Part shown: positions 60,818-64,000 of the stretch, in pieces
Position numbering within the stretch: position 1 is the stretch's first letter
Layout of the letters: each line of letters begins with the position of its first letter
Origin: Actinomycetes bacterium
GTDB lineage: Bacteria; Actinomycetota; Actinomycetes; S36-B12; UBA5976
Direction of reading: 5' to 3'
DNA: 64,000 bases
Assembly: GCA_037137575.1 (NCBI GenBank)
Contig: JBAXKB010000002.1
Span: 1,833-65,832, forward strand
The notes under the pieces: generated by a model
What the model saw: the letters and a program-made list of their open reading frames with translations, nothing else
Database searches by the model: none
What the model was told of the DNA's origin: nothing
Translations under genes and position numbers: made by a program

Positions 60818-61792
60818 GTGAGTGTGCTCATCGAAAACATAGATGTTGCCGTAACGGCAATTTCTGCTGGACATCTTTGCGCAATCCCAACTGAAACCGT
60901 TTACGGGCTTGCCGCCGATGCACATAATCCGCAGGCGATTTCACGAATTTTCGCAGCAAAAAATCGGCCGCAGGATCACCCACTAATTATTCACGTGAGC
61001 GACATGGCGTGCGCGCTTGAATGGATGAGTGATTTACCAGCGTGGGCGAAGGAGTTAGCTCATGCGTGCTGGCCGGGTCCGTTAACTTTGGTGGCAAAGC
61101 GAACATCGCTTGCAACTGACCAAATCACTGGTGGGCAAAACACTGTCGCAGTGCGAGTACCGAATCACTTAACTGCATTGAAATTGTTGGAATTGCTAAA
61201 AATGCAAGGAATTCTTGGGTTAGTTGCGCCAAGTGCAAACCGTTTCGGCCATGTTTCGCCAACAAATGCCCAACATGTGAATGCAGATTTAGGTGAATAT
61301 CTATTTGCAAATGGTGATTTGATTCTTGATGGTGGCGAGTGTGGAGTTGGAATTGAATCAACAATTGTTTTAGCCACTGATGAGCACCCCGTAATTTTGC
61401 GACCCGGCGCGATCTCAGCAGAACAAATCGAGTCAATAACTGGTCGAAGGGTGCAACAGAACCAAGATGGCGAGCCAAGAGTCTCTGGCGCATTAGCTTC
61501 GCATTACGCACCGCGAGCCAAAGTCGTCGTAATCTCAAATTTAGCCAACCAAAATTTTGAGCAAGGATCTGGATTTATTGCCTTGGTAGAGGTGCAGACC
61601 CCGGTCGGTTTAGTTCGACTAGCCCAACCAGAAACATCTGTTGGTTTTGCCACCGAGCTGTACAAAGCATTTCGCCGAGGTGACGAGTTGGAACTCGCAA
61701 ACATTTACATATGGCTGCCGCCTGAATCTGGTATCGGACTAGCAATTGCCGATCGAGTACATAAGGCAGCTCATCCGGATAAGGAGATTTAA
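60818..61792 (+). CDS. L-threonylcarbamoyladenylate synthase (Sua5/YwlC type, with C-terminal Sua5 domain)
   Basis: 324 aa with IPTETVYGLAADAHN, KNRPQDHPLIIHV and SANRFGHVSPT motifs. Confidence 0.88.
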   Translation: MSVLIENIDVAVTAISAGHLCAIPTETVYGLAADAHNPQAISRIFAAKNRPQDHPLIIHVSDMACALEWMSDLPAWAKELAHACWPGPLTLVAKRTSLATDQITGGQNTVAVRVPNHLTALKLLELLKMQGILGLVAPSANRFGHVSPTNAQHVNADLGEYLFANGDLILDGGECGVGIESTIVLATDEHPVILRPGAISAEQIESITGRRVQQNQDGEPRVSGALASHYAPRAKVVVISNLANQNFEQGSGFIALVEVQTPVGLVRLAQPETSVGFATELYKAFRRGDELELANIYIWLPPESGIGLAIADRVHKAAHPDKEI

Positions 61793-61794
61793 CC

Positions 61795-62280
61795 ATGAGC
61801 CCTATCGGTGAAGTCCTAATTGGCCTAATGATGGCAATTGGAATTGTAGGCACACTAATTCCAGTTTTGCCCGGATTAGTCCTAGTGTGGCTAGCAGCAC
61901 TCGCGTGGACGATTCTTGACGGAGCAGACGCAACTCATTGGGTTATTTTTGCGCTTATGACGGTGATTTTTATTATTGGAATTGGGCTCTCGTTTTATAT
62001 TCCAGCCAAGAGCGCCAAGAGCGAGACTTCGCCGCGCTGGACTTACCTTGTGGCATCACTTTTCGCCCTGATTGGCTTCTTCGTAATCCCGATTGTTGGT
62101 TTACCGCTTGGCTTCGCTTTCGGAGTTTTCATTTGCCACTTGATTTCCAGTCGAGAATTTCATCGCGCCTTGCGGGCGACTGGAACGAGTTTGAAAGCGA
62201 TGGGGATTGTTAGTTTGGTGCAATGCGTTTGTGGAATCGCGATGGCAACTGCTTGGGCACTGGCGCTTTTGATTGTTTAA
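61795..62280 (+). CDS. DUF456-type membrane protein
   Basis: 161 aa with 4 TM helices and IPVLPGLVLVW near the N-terminus. It starts 2 nt after the upstream stop. Confidence 0.5.
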   Translation: MSPIGEVLIGLMMAIGIVGTLIPVLPGLVLVWLAALAWTILDGADATHWVIFALMTVIFIIGIGLSFYIPAKSAKSETSPRWTYLVASLFALIGFFVIPIVGLPLGFAFGVFICHLISSREFHRALRATGTSLKAMGIVSLVQCVCGIAMATAWALALLIV

Positions 62281-62342
62281 AAGCGGGTCTGCCAAGTAAC
62301 AAACTGCCTCGACCGACCCACTTAAAAACCAAAACTAACTAA

Positions 62343-62888
62343 CTACGCCTGTTTAATTGCTGAAATATCCAGTTGCAGTTTGATACTGTCGCTAACGAGT
62401 AGCCCACCAGTTTCAAGAGCTACATTCCAAACCAGTCCGAAATCTTTACGACTCAGTTCGCCTGTGCCTTCGAATCCTGCTCGCAGATTTGCGAATGGAT
62501 CAGTTGCAGTTCCAGTAAGTTCAACTGCAAGATCGATATTCTTAGTAACTCCATTGATTGATAGATCGCCAGAAACCACAAAGGAATCACCAGAGCCACT
62601 GAACTTTGTTGCAACAAAAGTTAGTTCTGGGTTTTTCTCAATGTCAAAAAAGTCAGCGCTGCGAAGATGGCCATCACGGTCGGCATTGCCCGTATCGATT
62701 GATGTGATCTGTGCAGCCACGGTTGCCGATGAACCAGATACATCAGTTGGGTCAACCACGATTGTTCCAGTGAAATCTGCGAAATGTCCACGAACTTTCG
62801 TAATTACCGCGTGGCGTGCTTCGAAGCCAAGACGGCTATGTGTTGGGTCAATTACCCATGTTCCGGCGTAGGCGGTTAAGTCCGTCAT
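62343..62888 (-). CDS. YceI-family protein
   Basis: 181 aa with WVIDPTHSRLGFEARHAVITKVRGHF and GDLSINGVTK, typical YceI lipocalin-like motifs. Confidence 0.85.
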   Translation of the reverse strand: MTDLTAYAGTWVIDPTHSRLGFEARHAVITKVRGHFADFTGTIVVDPTDVSGSSATVAAQITSIDTGNADRDGHLRSADFFDIEKNPELTFVATKFSGSGDSFVVSGDLSINGVTKNIDLAVELTGTATDPFANLRAGFEGTGELSRKDFGLVWNVALETGGLLVSDSIKLQLDISAIKQA

Positions 62889-63025
62889 TTTTTCTCCTAA
62901 ATAGTTGAAAGTTCAATTAAGTCCTAGTTTAGGGTTCAACTAAAAAGGTGTCAATTACTACTGGCCAAGATGCAACACTGCTGGCCAAACTGCAATGGAT
63001 TTAGAACAGCTAGTTAAATTACAAC

Positions 63026-64000
63026 CTAGTGCGGGGCACTGGCCACAGATTGAACAGCCGCTGCAACTGCCGGCGCGACTTGTGGATCAAAAACACTCGG
63101 CACAATAAAACTGCTGTTCAGCTGTGTACTTGACACGCAATCTGCAATTGCGCGAGCCGCTGCAACTAAAACATTTTCGGTAATCTGCTTTGCGCCAGCA
63201 TCCAATAACCCACGGAAGATTCCGGGGAATGCCAAAACATTATTAATTTGGTTTGGATAGTCACTGCGCCCAGTTGCAACAATCGCGGCATGTTTACTTG
63301 CTAAAACAGGATCAATCTCCGGGTCAGGGTTCGCTAAGGCAAAGACAATTGCGTTAGGTGCCATTTGTGCAACTTCGTTTTCCGAAATCAAATTTGGCGC
63401 ACTAACACCGATGAACACATCTGTTTGCGCAAAACCTTCAACTAATGTTCCGGTGACTCTGCGGGGATTTGTGTTCTCCAACATCCACTGGCTGGTTTGC
63501 TCACTGTCGGGACGATCTGAATAAATCGCGCCTCTACTGTCATACGCAACGATGTCGGTAGCACCACTTGCCTTCAACAGTTGGGCAATAGCGGTTCCAG
63601 CGGCGCCCGCTCCGCTCATGATGATGCGAAGATCTTTCATCGATTTCTTGACCAGTTTCAATGAGTTAGTCAACGCAGCCAGCACAACAATGGCAGTTCC
63701 GTGTTGGTCATCGTGAAATACCGGTATGTCTAAAAGTTCGCGCAGACGACGTTCAACTTCAAAACATCGAGGTGCTGAGATGTCCTCAAGATTAATTCCG
63801 CCATAAACCGGTGCGAGAATCTGGACGGTTCGCACAATTTCGTCAACATCCTGTGTATCCAGGCAGACCGGCCATGCATCGATATTTGCAAAACGTTTAA
63901 ATAACGCCGCCTTACCTTCCATTACTGGCATCGCAGCCAGCGCGCCAATGTTACCTAAGCCAAGAACCGCTGAGCCATCTGTAACAACAGCGACGGTGTT
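63026..64000 (-). CDS. NAD(P)-dependent malic enzyme, C-terminal ~324 codons (5' end beyond window end)
   Basis: The frame is open to the window edge. MEGKAALFKRFANIDAWPVCLDT, FHDDQHGTAIV and the Rossmann motif SGAGAAG are malic-enzyme hallmarks. Confidence 0.9.
   Translation of the reverse strand, partial: NTVAVVTDGSAVLGLGNIGALAAMPVMEGKAALFKRFANIDAWPVCLDTQDVDEIVRTVQILAPVYGGINLEDISAPRCFEVERRLRELLDIPVFHDDQHGTAIVVLAALTNSLKLVKKSMKDLRIIMSGAGAAGTAIAQLLKASGATDIVAYDSRGAIYSDRPDSEQTSQWMLENTNPRRVTGTLVEGFAQTDVFIGVSAPNLISENEVAQMAPNAIVFALANPDPEIDPVLASKHAAIVATGRSDYPNQINNVLAFPGIFRGLLDAGAKQITENVLVAAARAIADCVSSTQLNSSFIVPSVFDPQVAPAVAAAVQSVASAPH

Overview
This window is gene-dense core chromosome from what looks like a streamlined, mid-GC actinobacterium; that taxonomic call is inferred from protein sequences and gene order. 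As far as I recall the M. tuberculosis map, the order is broadly syntenic with its rpoBC/ribosomal-protein region and its Rv0990-Rv1026 region. I call about 65 protein genes: rpoC (partial), rpoB, rplL, rplJ, rplA, rplK, nusG, secE, secA, mca, greA, eno, mfd, pth, prs, glmU, ispE, rsmA, metG, rsmI, pmt, galU and others. I also call 3 tRNA genes, 3 clear hairpin plus T-run elements and one sigma70-like promoter. I found no CRISPR array, transposase, integrase, prophage or recognisable defence system. The points most worth a second look are these. (1) A 75-nt tRNA gene with anticodon UAA has Leu-type D arm, T loop and A73 but only a 5-nt variable loop. (2) A self-contained two-gene toxin-antitoxin-like cassette with its own promoter sits between the rplJL and rplKA operons. 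(3) An orphan Ssd/CpaE-like P-loop protein with a degenerate Walker A is translationally coupled to a SAF/CpaB-like protein, with no other Tad genes nearby, inside a block of uncharacterised genes next to secA. (4) A galU-glp-rimJ-glpR division-type locus carries a MoeA/gephyrin-like protein that lacks about 115 residues, including the catalytic-domain motifs. (5) Ribosomal protein L10 has an acidic repeat tail of about 78 aa. (6) Convergent genes almost always abut or overlap at their stop codons, leaving no room for terminators. All family assignments come from reading the translations by eye, and no database search was run.
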